This document shows positions 15,815 to 23,836 of a stretch of 64,000 bases of DNA, piece by piece. The stretch's first letter is position 1. Every line of letters starts with the position of its first letter. The DNA lies in the NCBI GenBank assembly GCA_038231435.1, contig JBBRLJ010000016.1:1-64000 (forward strand), read 5' to 3'. The notes under the pieces are model-generated. The model ran no database searches, was not told where the DNA came from, and saw nothing but the letters and a program-made list of their open reading frames with translations. The DNA is from Planctomycetota bacterium (GTDB taxonomy: Bacteria; Planctomycetota; UBA11346). The position numbers and the translations under genes are program-made.

Positions 15815-16459
15815 ATGCGCCACGGCTTCACCCTCATCGAGCTGATGATCGTCATCGCGATCATCGCCATCATCGCGGCCATCGCGATCCCCAATCTGCT
15901 CGAGTCCCGCATCACGTCGCAGGAGTCGGCTGCCGCCGCTGCGCTGAAGAGCGGTCTCCTGCCCGCCGAAGTCCAGTTCCAGGCTGGTGGCTATTCCGAC
16001 GCTGACGGCAACGGCATCGGCACGTATTGCGTCGTCGGCGGCTCGGGCGTCGCGGCTGCTCCGTACAGCACCCTGAGCGGCTCCACCGCGATCAACGCGA
16101 TCACCCTGACCCTGCTCGCTCCGTCGTACGCTGGCGCATCGCCGGTGGTCAGCGGCTACATCTTCAAGCAGCCGATCACCTCCAATCCGCCGAACACCGG
16201 TACTCCTTCGGATGGCAGCGGCGAACGCGCTTGGGGCGTCATCTGCTACCCCGCCGACGATACCCAGGGGCGTCGCTTCTTCGGCATCAACCAGGCGGGC
16301 AACGTGTACAGCTCGCGTCCGAGCGCGACTGCCAATTCCGGTGTCTCCGGCACGGGCGGCGTGCTGACGCTGGCGTGCGGCGCGGGCGCGCTCGACATGT
16401 TCGGCGCGTCGTGCATCTCGGCGCCGGTCCCCGCGACCTACACGCCGTACAGGAAGTGA
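15815..16459 (+). CDS. Type IV pilin-like protein 1 (prepilin N-terminal methylation motif)
   Basis: MRHG/FTLIELMIVIAIIAIIAAIAIP; RBS AGGAG; C-terminal W-x-x-x-x-YP...G-R-x-F-x-I-N-Q-x-G head motif. Confidence 0.9.
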   Translation: MRHGFTLIELMIVIAIIAIIAAIAIPNLLESRITSQESAAAAALKSGLLPAEVQFQAGGYSDADGNGIGTYCVVGGSGVAAAPYSTLSGSTAINAITLTLLAPSYAGASPVVSGYIFKQPITSNPPNTGTPSDGSGERAWGVICYPADDTQGRRFFGINQAGNVYSSRPSATANSGVSGTGGVLTLACGAGALDMFGASCISAPVPATYTPYRK

Positions 16460-16489
16460 TCCGCGGCATCGCTCCGGCGATGCCCTCAG

Positions 16490-16522
16490 AAAAGGGGGTG
16501 GGCTTCGGCCCACCCCTTTTTT
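16490..16522 (+). terminator. Intrinsic terminator after pilin 1
   Basis: GGGGTGGGC-TTCG-GCCCACCCC-TTTTTT, preceded by an A-tract; a second hairpin GGCATCGC-TCCG-GCGATGCC lies at 16465-16484. Confidence 0.9.
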
Positions 16523-16556
16523 GTCGCCACTCACTGCTCGCCTTGCGATCGGGGAA

Positions 16557-16572
16557 TGGCACGACGCTTGCT
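16557..16572 (+). promoter_or_regulatory. Sigma54 -24/-12 promoter of pilin 2
   Basis: TGGCACGACGCTTGCT matches the TGGCACG-N4-TTGCW consensus exactly. Confidence 0.8.
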
Positions 16573-16615
16573 TTAAAAACTTTCGTACCCAACATCCTCA
16601 CGCGGGAGTAATCAC

Positions 16616-17260
16616 ATGCGCCACGGCTTCACCCTCATCGAGCTGATGATCGTCATCGCCATCATCGCCATCATCGCCGCGATCGCGATCCCGAACCTGC
16701 TCGAATCGCGCATCACCTCACAGGAATCGGCGGCTGCTGCGGCGCTCAAGAGCGGTCTGCTGCCAGCCGAGGTGCAGTTCCAGGCCGGCGGCTACGCCGA
16801 CGCGAACGGCAACGGCATCGGCACCTACTGCGTCGTCGGCGCCTCGGGCGTGGCCGCGGCTCCGTACAGCACCCTGAGCGGTTCCACGGCGATCAACGGC
16901 ATCACCCTCACTCTGCTCGCTCCGTCCTATGCCGGTGGATCGCCGGTAGTGAGCGGCTACATCTTCAAGCAGCCGATCACCGCCAACCCGCCCGCGGTCG
17001 CGACCCCTTCCGATGGCAGCGGCGAACGCGCGTGGGGGGTCATCTGCTACCCCGCCGATGATACCCAGGGCCGTCGCTTCTTCGGCATCAACCAGGCTGG
17101 CAACGTGTACAGCTCGCGCCCGAGCGCGACCGCCAATTCCGGAGTATCCGGCACCGGCGGCGTGTTGACGCTGGCATGCGGCGCTGGCGCGCTCGACATG
17201 TTCGGCGCCTCGTGCATTTCCGCGCCGGTTCCGGCTACCTATACGCCTTATCGGAAGTGA
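16616..17260 (+). CDS. Type IV pilin-like protein 2
   Basis: Same 214-aa length as pilin 1, 9 aa differences by hand count; RBS GGGAG. Confidence 0.9.
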   Translation: MRHGFTLIELMIVIAIIAIIAAIAIPNLLESRITSQESAAAAALKSGLLPAEVQFQAGGYADANGNGIGTYCVVGASGVAAAPYSTLSGSTAINGITLTLLAPSYAGGSPVVSGYIFKQPITANPPAVATPSDGSGERAWGVICYPADDTQGRRFFGINQAGNVYSSRPSATANSGVSGTGGVLTLACGAGALDMFGASCISAPVPATYTPYRK

Positions 17261-17289
17261 TCGGCGGGCCGCACGGCATGCCTGCGCGA

Positions 17290-17318
17290 GGGGCGGGCTC
17301 ACGGCCCGTCCTTTTTTT
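17290..17318 (+). terminator. Intrinsic terminator after pilin 2
   Basis: GGGCGGGC-TCACG-GCCCGTCC-TTTTTTT. Confidence 0.85.
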
Positions 17319-17390
17319 GTCATCGAGGTCGCGAAGGCCGCCAAAATCCGTCAATCACGGGTGATTCAGAGTCGATAGCCGCGGTATGTA

Positions 17391-17406
17391 CGGCACGGTA
17401 GTTGCT
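17391..17406 (+). promoter_or_regulatory. Sigma54 -24/-12 promoter of pilin 3
   Basis: CGGCACGGTAGTTGCT: GG-N10-GC with TTGCT. Confidence 0.75.
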
Positions 17407-17447
17407 CTTCCGTACAGCATATGAAGCCACATCTCTCGGGGGTCACC

Positions 17448-18092
17448 ATGCGCCACGGCTTCACCCTCATCGAGCTGATGATCGTCATCGCGATCATCGC
17501 GATCATCGCCGCCATCGCGATCCCCAACCTGCTGGAATCGCGGGTGTCCGCCCAGGAATCGTCCGCCGCCGCCGCGCTCAAGAGCGGCATCCTGCCCGCT
17601 GAGGTGCAATTCCAGGCGGGCGGATATTCCGATGCCGACGGCAATGGCATCGGCACGTACTGCGTGATCAACGCCTCCGGAGTCAGCCTCGCGCCATTCA
17701 ACACCCTCTGCGGCTCGGCACAGATCAGCTCCATCACCCTGACCCTGCTCGCGCCGTCCTACGGTGGCGCGTCGCCGGTGATCAGCGGCTATAACTTCAA
17801 GCAGCCGATCACGGCCAATCCGCCTATCGTAGCGACCCCGACCGATGGCAGCGGGGAGCGCACCTGGGGCATCATCGCCTATCCGACCGACGACAATCAA
17901 GGGCGTCGCTTCTTCGGCGTCAACCAGGCCGGCAACGTCTTCGCGTCGCGCCCCAGCCCGACCGCGAATTCCGGCGTCTCGGGAACCGGAGGCATCAATA
18001 CCATCGCCTGCGGTCCCGGCGCTTTCGACATGTTCGGCGCGTCGTGCATCTCGGCACCGCTCGCTTCGACGTATCTGCCCTATCGCCGGTGA
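17448..18092 (+). CDS. Type IV pilin-like protein 3
   Basis: MRHGFTLIEL start at 17448 gives 214 aa, about 79% identical to pilin 1 by hand count. Confidence 0.9.
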   Translation: MRHGFTLIELMIVIAIIAIIAAIAIPNLLESRVSAQESSAAAALKSGILPAEVQFQAGGYSDADGNGIGTYCVINASGVSLAPFNTLCGSAQISSITLTLLAPSYGGASPVISGYNFKQPITANPPIVATPTDGSGERTWGIIAYPTDDNQGRRFFGVNQAGNVFASRPSPTANSGVSGTGGINTIACGPGAFDMFGASCISAPLASTYLPYRR

Positions 18093-18325
18093 TCGCGCCG
18101 GTGATCGCGCGGACGTTCGTGCAGACCCGCGAATAAGGGCGCACGGCTGACGCATCGGTGAGGTGGGCCCGCGCTCTCCGTTCGATCTTGACGACGGGCC
18201 TCGATCGTGAACCACTCTCGAGCCGCTGTGCCGGCGCCGCCCGGATTCCGCGCAACGCATCGTCGTGCCTCGTCGAGCATCGCCGCTCATTGCCGCGGCA
18301 CCGAACGGGTCGAGGATGGCTCCAG

Positions 18326-20617
18326 ATGACGTCACCAGCATCCCACGGGCTCGGACATCGCGCGGCGTTTCCGCTGGCGGGATTCCAGCCCGCGCTGCTG
18401 CTCGGCTGCGTCGTGGTCTACACCACGGCCTTCCTCTTCGGACGCGCATTTCCCGCCTCTGGTCGTTCGCTGCTCGTCCTGCTGGCTCCACTGCTGGTCA
18501 TCTCCCAGCTGCCGCACCGCTGGGACCGGGATCGGATGTCGCTGGTCGCTTCGGCGCTCATGCTCGGCTTCGTGGCCTGGTCGCTGCTCCAGCTGCTGTG
18601 GGTGACGCCGCTGGTCGAGATCGGCGCGGGCAGGTGCGCGGTGATGGCCGCCGCGATCGTGCTGTGCTGGTCGGTCATGCACGGCCCCACGCCGGCCGAA
18701 GGCCTGATCGCCGCGGCGGGCGTGAGCACGATGCTGGCGCTCGCGGTGGCGATCGTCGGCATGCGTCAGTACGACACCGCCTCGTTCGGACTCGGCAATA
18801 TCAACCACTTGCTCTACTGCTGCACGCCCGCGTTCTTCGGCTGGGTCGCGTGGCTCGTCGCCTCGGCTCTGCTTGGCCGCCGGACCGCGCCGTGGCAGTG
18901 GCTGCTGGCCGCCGTCACTGGCGTCGAGATCGTTTATGCGTCGGTGTTCGCAACCCCCGGCATGCCGCGTCGCGGAGCGTTCGTGGCCGGCGGCGCGGCG
19001 GCGCTGGGATTGGCGGCCATGTGGCTGTGGTCGCGCAGCCGCCGTGCCTGCATCGCCGCGATCGCATGCGCGACGCTGGCCGCGGGAGGCGCGCTGGCGT
19101 GGCAGGCGCATCATCACCACGACGGGTCGCTGATGGCGCGCACCGAACGCGTACAGATCTATCGCGCCGCCATGGAATCCATTCCGCACAGCCTCCCGTG
19201 GGGGGCCGGGCTCTATGGTTCGCTCGGGCAGCAAGACCTCGACGGCGAAGCCAACCGCCATCTCACCTCGACCGGGCTGTGGCTGATGGACGTGCACAAT
19301 CAGCTGCTCGAATCGTTCCTCGACGGGGGAATCGTCGGCGGCCTGCTGTTCATCGCCCTGGTCGTGACGATGTGGTGGCGCACCTCGCGCATCGCCGATC
19401 CCGCATTGCGTTACGGCGCCGCGGCGATCGGCGTGGTGCTGCTCGTGCACGGCCTGACCGACAACTGCTACGGGATGCCGGCGGGCATGGCGTGGGCCGG
19501 AGTGCTGTTCGGGATCATGCTCTCGTGTCCGGTCGCGGAGCCGGACGAGAAGGCGCCCATCATCCCCGGCCTGCGCCTGTGCGCATGGATCATCGTGGGT
19601 TTCTGCACCTTTGCCGCGACGCGCGAGATGTCGGCGACCTTCATGAGCTACGACGCCTCCACCGCGGTGCGCATGCGCACATTGCGGCAGACCTGGCAGG
19701 CCGATCTGCTCGGCGACCAGTGGCGCCCAGTGATGGAAGTATCCTTTCGGCGCGAGGACATGGCCGGATGCCGGCGGTTGCTCGATCTGGCGGGGCCGCG
19801 CCTGGGCTGGACCAGCGGACAACTGGCCGCGTCGTGCATGGTTGACGAACGCATGACCCTGATCGCGCTCAACGAGATGTACCTCGCCCTCGGAGCCGCC
19901 TGGCGCGAGCCGGACCAGATTGCGGCGGTCGGGAAACGCTGGCGACAGCTCGCCGAGGTCTCGTCCGCGGACCGCGACCAGCAACGCGATCTGCTGCGCC
20001 TGATCCACCGCTTCCCGATGGGTAACTTCAGCTACGCGCACCTGGACGCTCTCATGTCCAGACGCCCCGACCTCGAGCATCTCGTTCCCGCGATCGTGAA
20101 GACCAGGATGGCCTACCGATCGGGCTCGCCGGATGTTCCGGCGCCGCGCCTGGAAAAACCCGGGTCGATCGAGATGGCCGCGGACCTGTATTCGGAGATG
20201 CTGTGGGCCAATGGGCGGAAGTGCGGGCCCGAGCGACTGTCCGAGCCGCTGCGCTGGTTGCTCAGGAGCTACGGCGACATCGACGAGTCGCAGCTGCTCG
20301 CGCTGCTGCTGGTCCGCGACGCCGAGCCCGGAGCGTACGCCTGGCTGATCGACGAGCCCGCGATCATCCGCGGCTTCTCGCCGAGCTTCACCAGCGATTA
20401 CCTGACGCTGCTCGACAGCATCGACGATCCCGTCAAGGCGCGGGTGTGCTGGCCCCTGCTCGCGCGCATGAACCCTGAATTCGCCCACGACATCGAACGC
20501 GGCCATCTCGATCTCGCCTCGATCGACGCCCCCGCGACCATCGCGATCTGGGAACGCTTCGTGCGCATCCACGCCCTCGCCATCTCCCGCCCCGCCCCCG
20601 CCCAAGTTCCTCGCTGA
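18326..20617 (+). CDS. O-antigen ligase (Wzy_C)-like polytopic membrane protein; candidate pilin O-oligosaccharyltransferase
   Basis: About 12 hydrophobic segments, GLGNINH, ERVQIYRAA...PWGAG...DVHNQLLESFLDGGIVG, long soluble C-terminal extension. Confidence 0.75.
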   Translation: MTSPASHGLGHRAAFPLAGFQPALLLGCVVVYTTAFLFGRAFPASGRSLLVLLAPLLVISQLPHRWDRDRMSLVASALMLGFVAWSLLQLLWVTPLVEIGAGRCAVMAAAIVLCWSVMHGPTPAEGLIAAAGVSTMLALAVAIVGMRQYDTASFGLGNINHLLYCCTPAFFGWVAWLVASALLGRRTAPWQWLLAAVTGVEIVYASVFATPGMPRRGAFVAGGAAALGLAAMWLWSRSRRACIAAIACATLAAGGALAWQAHHHHDGSLMARTERVQIYRAAMESIPHSLPWGAGLYGSLGQQDLDGEANRHLTSTGLWLMDVHNQLLESFLDGGIVGGLLFIALVVTMWWRTSRIADPALRYGAAAIGVVLLVHGLTDNCYGMPAGMAWAGVLFGIMLSCPVAEPDEKAPIIPGLRLCAWIIVGFCTFAATREMSATFMSYDASTAVRMRTLRQTWQADLLGDQWRPVMEVSFRREDMAGCRRLLDLAGPRLGWTSGQLAASCMVDERMTLIALNEMYLALGAAWREPDQIAAVGKRWRQLAEVSSADRDQQRDLLRLIHRFPMGNFSYAHLDALMSRRPDLEHLVPAIVKTRMAYRSGSPDVPAPRLEKPGSIEMAADLYSEMLWANGRKCGPERLSEPLRWLLRSYGDIDESQLLALLLVRDAEPGAYAWLIDEPAIIRGFSPSFTSDYLTLLDSIDDPVKARVCWPLLARMNPEFAHDIERGHLDLASIDAPATIAIWERFVRIHALAISRPAPAQVPR

Positions 20618-20630
20618 GCAGCGTAACCTG

Positions 20631-20711
20631 CTCCTATCCCAAACCGCTCCCTGGCTCCCGGGGGGCAGGCCGGAGGCCGATGTTGGGGGGCCGTAGCCCC
20701 CCAACTGATAG
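20631..20711 (-). repeat. Hairpin repeat element, family B copy 1, overlapping the thrB 3' end
   Basis: Minus strand CTATCAGTTGGGGGGCTACGGCCCCCCAACATCG...CCCCCGGGAGCCAG...GGGATAGGAG; matches 29966-30067. Confidence 0.7.
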
Positions 20712-21611
20712 CCCGGCATTATCGAACGGCACCACCACCACCCGCGCTTCCACCGCGCGGCGCGCGTAGCTGTCCGACACCGCGGAGCGCACCGCCTCGC
20801 CGCGATCGCGCGGCGAGAACGACAGCACCGTGCTGCCGCTGCCAGAGAGGATGGTGCCGATGGCGCCAGCCGTGGCGGCGGCGGCGCGCGCCTCGGCCAG
20901 GCCCGGATTCAGGCCCGCGCGATGGCGCTCGTGCCAGGCGTCATCGAAGAGGCCGCGCAGATCCTCGATGCGTCCCTGCGCGAGCGCAGCGGTGATCAGC
21001 GCGGTGCGCTGCAGCGCCTGCACCGATTCGCGCCGCGACGACTCCTGCGGCAGGATGCGGCGCGCCTCGCTGGTCTTCACCTCGAACGGCGGGATCGCCA
21101 CCACCGCCACCAGTCCGACCGGGACGTCGAAGCGCGCGTGACGCAGGCGGCCGTCGCAGGCGCCCACGACGGTGAAGCCGCCGAGGCAGGCGGCCGCGAC
21201 GTTGTCGGGGTGGCCCTCGATGCGCGCGGCCACCTCGAGCACCGCGGAGCGGTCATCGGCCGATGACATCGACATCCCGCCCAGCACGCGGCAGCCCGCC
21301 GCGACTCCGAGCAGGATGGTGGCCGAGCTGCCCATGCCGCGGGCGATGGGCACGTCGCCGCGCACGCTGACCGAGAATCCCGGGATCGCGCGCCCCCACG
21401 CCGCGCGGCAATCGTCGCGCACGCGCGATGCCATGGCCGCGAGCCCGGGATCCGATGCCCCCGGCGCGATGATCGCGTCGCTGTCCGCACCGGTGCCTGG
21501 GTCGAGGTGCCTATCGAGAGTGACGGTGTTGGCGAGGCCCAGTGCGATGCCCAGGCAATCGAAGCCGTGGCCGAGATTGGTGGTCGAGGCCGGGATGCGG
21601 AACGACGGCAT
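20634..21611 (-). CDS. thrB: Homoserine kinase
   Basis: PASTTNLGHGFDCLGIAL, VPIARGMGSS, EGHPDNV, LSGSGST. Confidence 0.92.
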   Translation of the reverse strand: MPSFRIPASTTNLGHGFDCLGIALGLANTVTLDRHLDPGTGADSDAIIAPGASDPGLAAMASRVRDDCRAAWGRAIPGFSVSVRGDVPIARGMGSSATILLGVAAGCRVLGGMSMSSADDRSAVLEVAARIEGHPDNVAAACLGGFTVVGACDGRLRHARFDVPVGLVAVVAIPPFEVKTSEARRILPQESSRRESVQALQRTALITAALAQGRIEDLRGLFDDAWHERHRAGLNPGLAEARAAAATAGAIGTILSGSGSTVLSFSPRDRGEAVRSAVSDSYARRAVEARVVVVPFDNAGLSVGGLRPPNIGLRPAPREPGSGLG

Positions 21612-21729
21612 GTGAGGAATGTTACGCGTGGATGGACAGCGCGGAAGCGCCTCGGCGCCAGCTGGCGCTCGCGCGTTCATTCTGGTCTTTGCGCGTTCCG
21701 CCCCTGGCCGGCATCGCTATATCCCGGCC

Positions 21730-23472
21730 ATGACACATCTCCTGGCGACCCACTTCAAGCCCGGCTTCGCGCTCGGCCTCTTCCGCTTCGCGCTCGCCAT
21801 CCCGGCGTTGCTCGCCTGCGCCGTGCTCCCGCTGCGCGCCGCCGACGCCGAGGACGGCAAGGCCGCGAAGGACGGCGCGCAGAAGCCCTCCAAGGAAGGC
21901 ACCCTGGTGATGCGCCTGCATGGCGACTACCAGCTCAAGCCGCCATCGGTGATCTTCGGCGAGAGCGGCACCTCGCTGCACGACATCACCGTGCAGCTCA
22001 AGAGCGCGCTGCGCGCGCCCGAGCCGCGCCTGGTGCTCGACTGCAGCACCGGCTTCTCGCCCGGGCTGGCGGCTGCCGAGGAGATGGCCTCGGTGATCCG
22101 CGAGAACAAGGGCAAGAAGCGCATCGCGATTCTCGTCGACGAGGTAGACGACCAGGCGCTGGTGGTGGCCGCGGCGTGCGACGAGGTGGTGATGCCCGAG
22201 GCCGGCATCGTCTCGGTCGACGGCATCGGCCTGTCGAGCTATTACTTCGCAGACGCGCTCGCCAAGATCGGCGTCCATTTCCACGCCGTCGCCAGCGGCG
22301 ATCACAAGACCGCGCCCGAGGCGCTGACGCGCAACGGGCCTTCGCCCGCGGGCATCCAGCAGTCCGAGGAGCTCGCCAAGAATCTCGACCAGGTGCTGCT
22401 CGAGCTCAGCGCGCGCCCCGACCTGTCGCTCGACGACCTGCGCGCGGCGCGCGCCCGCGCGCCACAGACCTCGAAGATCGCCATCGATGGCAAGCTGGTG
22501 ACGGCGGTGGCCGAACCGGGCGCGTGGCTCGAGAGCCAGCCGGCGCCGCGCCGCGTATTCAGCGCCAAGCGCGCGACGCCGGATCTGACCTCCTTGACCG
22601 GCATGATGCAGTTCTGGGCCAAGCTCATGCAGGGCGAGCAGGAGGAGCGCCAGCCCAAGGTGGTGGCGGTGGTCGAGCTGCAGGGCGAGATCGTCGACGG
22701 CGACGACAGCGATCCCGGCTACAGCATCGCGCCCGGCGACACCTGCCGGATGCTGCGCGAGCTGGGCGATGATGCGCGCGTGGTGGCGGTGGTGATGCGC
22801 ATCAATTCGCCCGGCGGCAGCGCCACCGCCTCTGACCGCGTGCACCACGCGGTGCGCCGGCTCGCAGAGAAGAAGCCGGTGGTCGCGCTGTTCGACAGCG
22901 TCGCCGCCAGCGGCGGCTATTACATCGGCTGCGCGGCGAAGGAGATCCTGGTGCATCGCGGCACCATCACCGGCTCGATCGGCGTCTTCGCGGTCGTCCC
23001 CGACGCCTCGGGGACGCTCGACCTGCTCGGCGTCCACCGGCACATCGTCACCACTGGGCCACGCGCCGACCTGCAGGGGCTGGGCCGCTACACGCCGGAC
23101 AAGGAGGCTGCCCTGCAGGCGATCGTCTCGGACATCGACGCGCGCTTCGAGGGCCTGGTGGCCGCGACCCGCAAGATCGACCTGGTCAAGGTGAAGGAAC
23201 TTGCCGGCGGCCGCGTCTACACCGGCGACCAGGCGGTCGCGCTCGGCCTCGCTGACGGCCTCGGCACCTTGGCCTCGGCGGTCCTGCGCGCGCGCACCCT
23301 GGCGGGCGCGGCTTCGCCCTTGCCGCTCGAACGCTACCCCCGCGACAGCGGCTTCTTGGCCCGGCTGGGACTCGCCAACAGCAGCATCGGTCCGGTGCCG
23401 GCGCAGCTGCGGCTGTGGCTGCAGGTGGCCTCGGCCAAGGCCCCGGTCGCTTTGGCTTGGTGCAACTTTTAG
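21730..23472 (+). CDS. sppA: Signal peptide peptidase SppA (S49, long two-domain form)
   Basis: GDHKTAPE, MRINSPGGSA, AASGGYYI, ITGSIGV, GGRVYTG. Confidence 0.9.
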   Translation: MTHLLATHFKPGFALGLFRFALAIPALLACAVLPLRAADAEDGKAAKDGAQKPSKEGTLVMRLHGDYQLKPPSVIFGESGTSLHDITVQLKSALRAPEPRLVLDCSTGFSPGLAAAEEMASVIRENKGKKRIAILVDEVDDQALVVAAACDEVVMPEAGIVSVDGIGLSSYYFADALAKIGVHFHAVASGDHKTAPEALTRNGPSPAGIQQSEELAKNLDQVLLELSARPDLSLDDLRAARARAPQTSKIAIDGKLVTAVAEPGAWLESQPAPRRVFSAKRATPDLTSLTGMMQFWAKLMQGEQEERQPKVVAVVELQGEIVDGDDSDPGYSIAPGDTCRMLRELGDDARVVAVVMRINSPGGSATASDRVHHAVRRLAEKKPVVALFDSVAASGGYYIGCAAKEILVHRGTITGSIGVFAVVPDASGTLDLLGVHRHIVTTGPRADLQGLGRYTPDKEAALQAIVSDIDARFEGLVAATRKIDLVKVKELAGGRVYTGDQAVALGLADGLGTLASAVLRARTLAGAASPLPLERYPRDSGFLARLGLANSSIGPVPAQLRLWLQVASAKAPVALAWCNF

Positions 23473-23630
23473 TGCGGGGGCTTTGCCCCCGGGCCCCCAC
23501 GACCTGTGTCGCCACTCGCTCTGGCCCCCGGGGGGCCAGATCGTTTGCGTGATGGGCTTTGCCCATGGCTCACGCAAAGCGTGGCTCGGCGGTCGGCAGC
23601 CGGCGGGGGCCCTGACTGGGACCTGGGCAC
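23470..23630 (+). repeat. Nested multi-hairpin intergenic element, family C copy 1
   Basis: GGGGC-TTT-GCCCC, TCTGGCCCC/GGGGCCAGA, ATGGGC-TTT-GCCCAT inside TTTGCGTG/CACGCAAA, closed by GCCAC/GTGGC and GGGCCCCC/GGGGGCCC. Confidence 0.6.
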
Positions 23631-23836
23631 GGATGACTCCAGACGCATTCCCTGGCCTTGCTTAGCGTTGACTGGCTCGAGGGGCCTCAGGCTTTGCAGT
23701 ATGTTACACCGCCTGCAGGGGGGCGCGGTTTTGCCCCTGGGTGGCGGAGGGGTGGGCGTACCCTACCCGGCCCGATGGCCCTGTTCGCCACGTGAACGCA
23801 GCCCGTGCGGTCGCGTTGTCCCTCCAGAGGTGATGC

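Noticed and set aside
15815..18092. Assembly artefact or silent pilS-like cassettes
   Set aside because: The copies differ at many synonymous sites, have different intergenic regions, and each has a full N-terminus and promoter motif.
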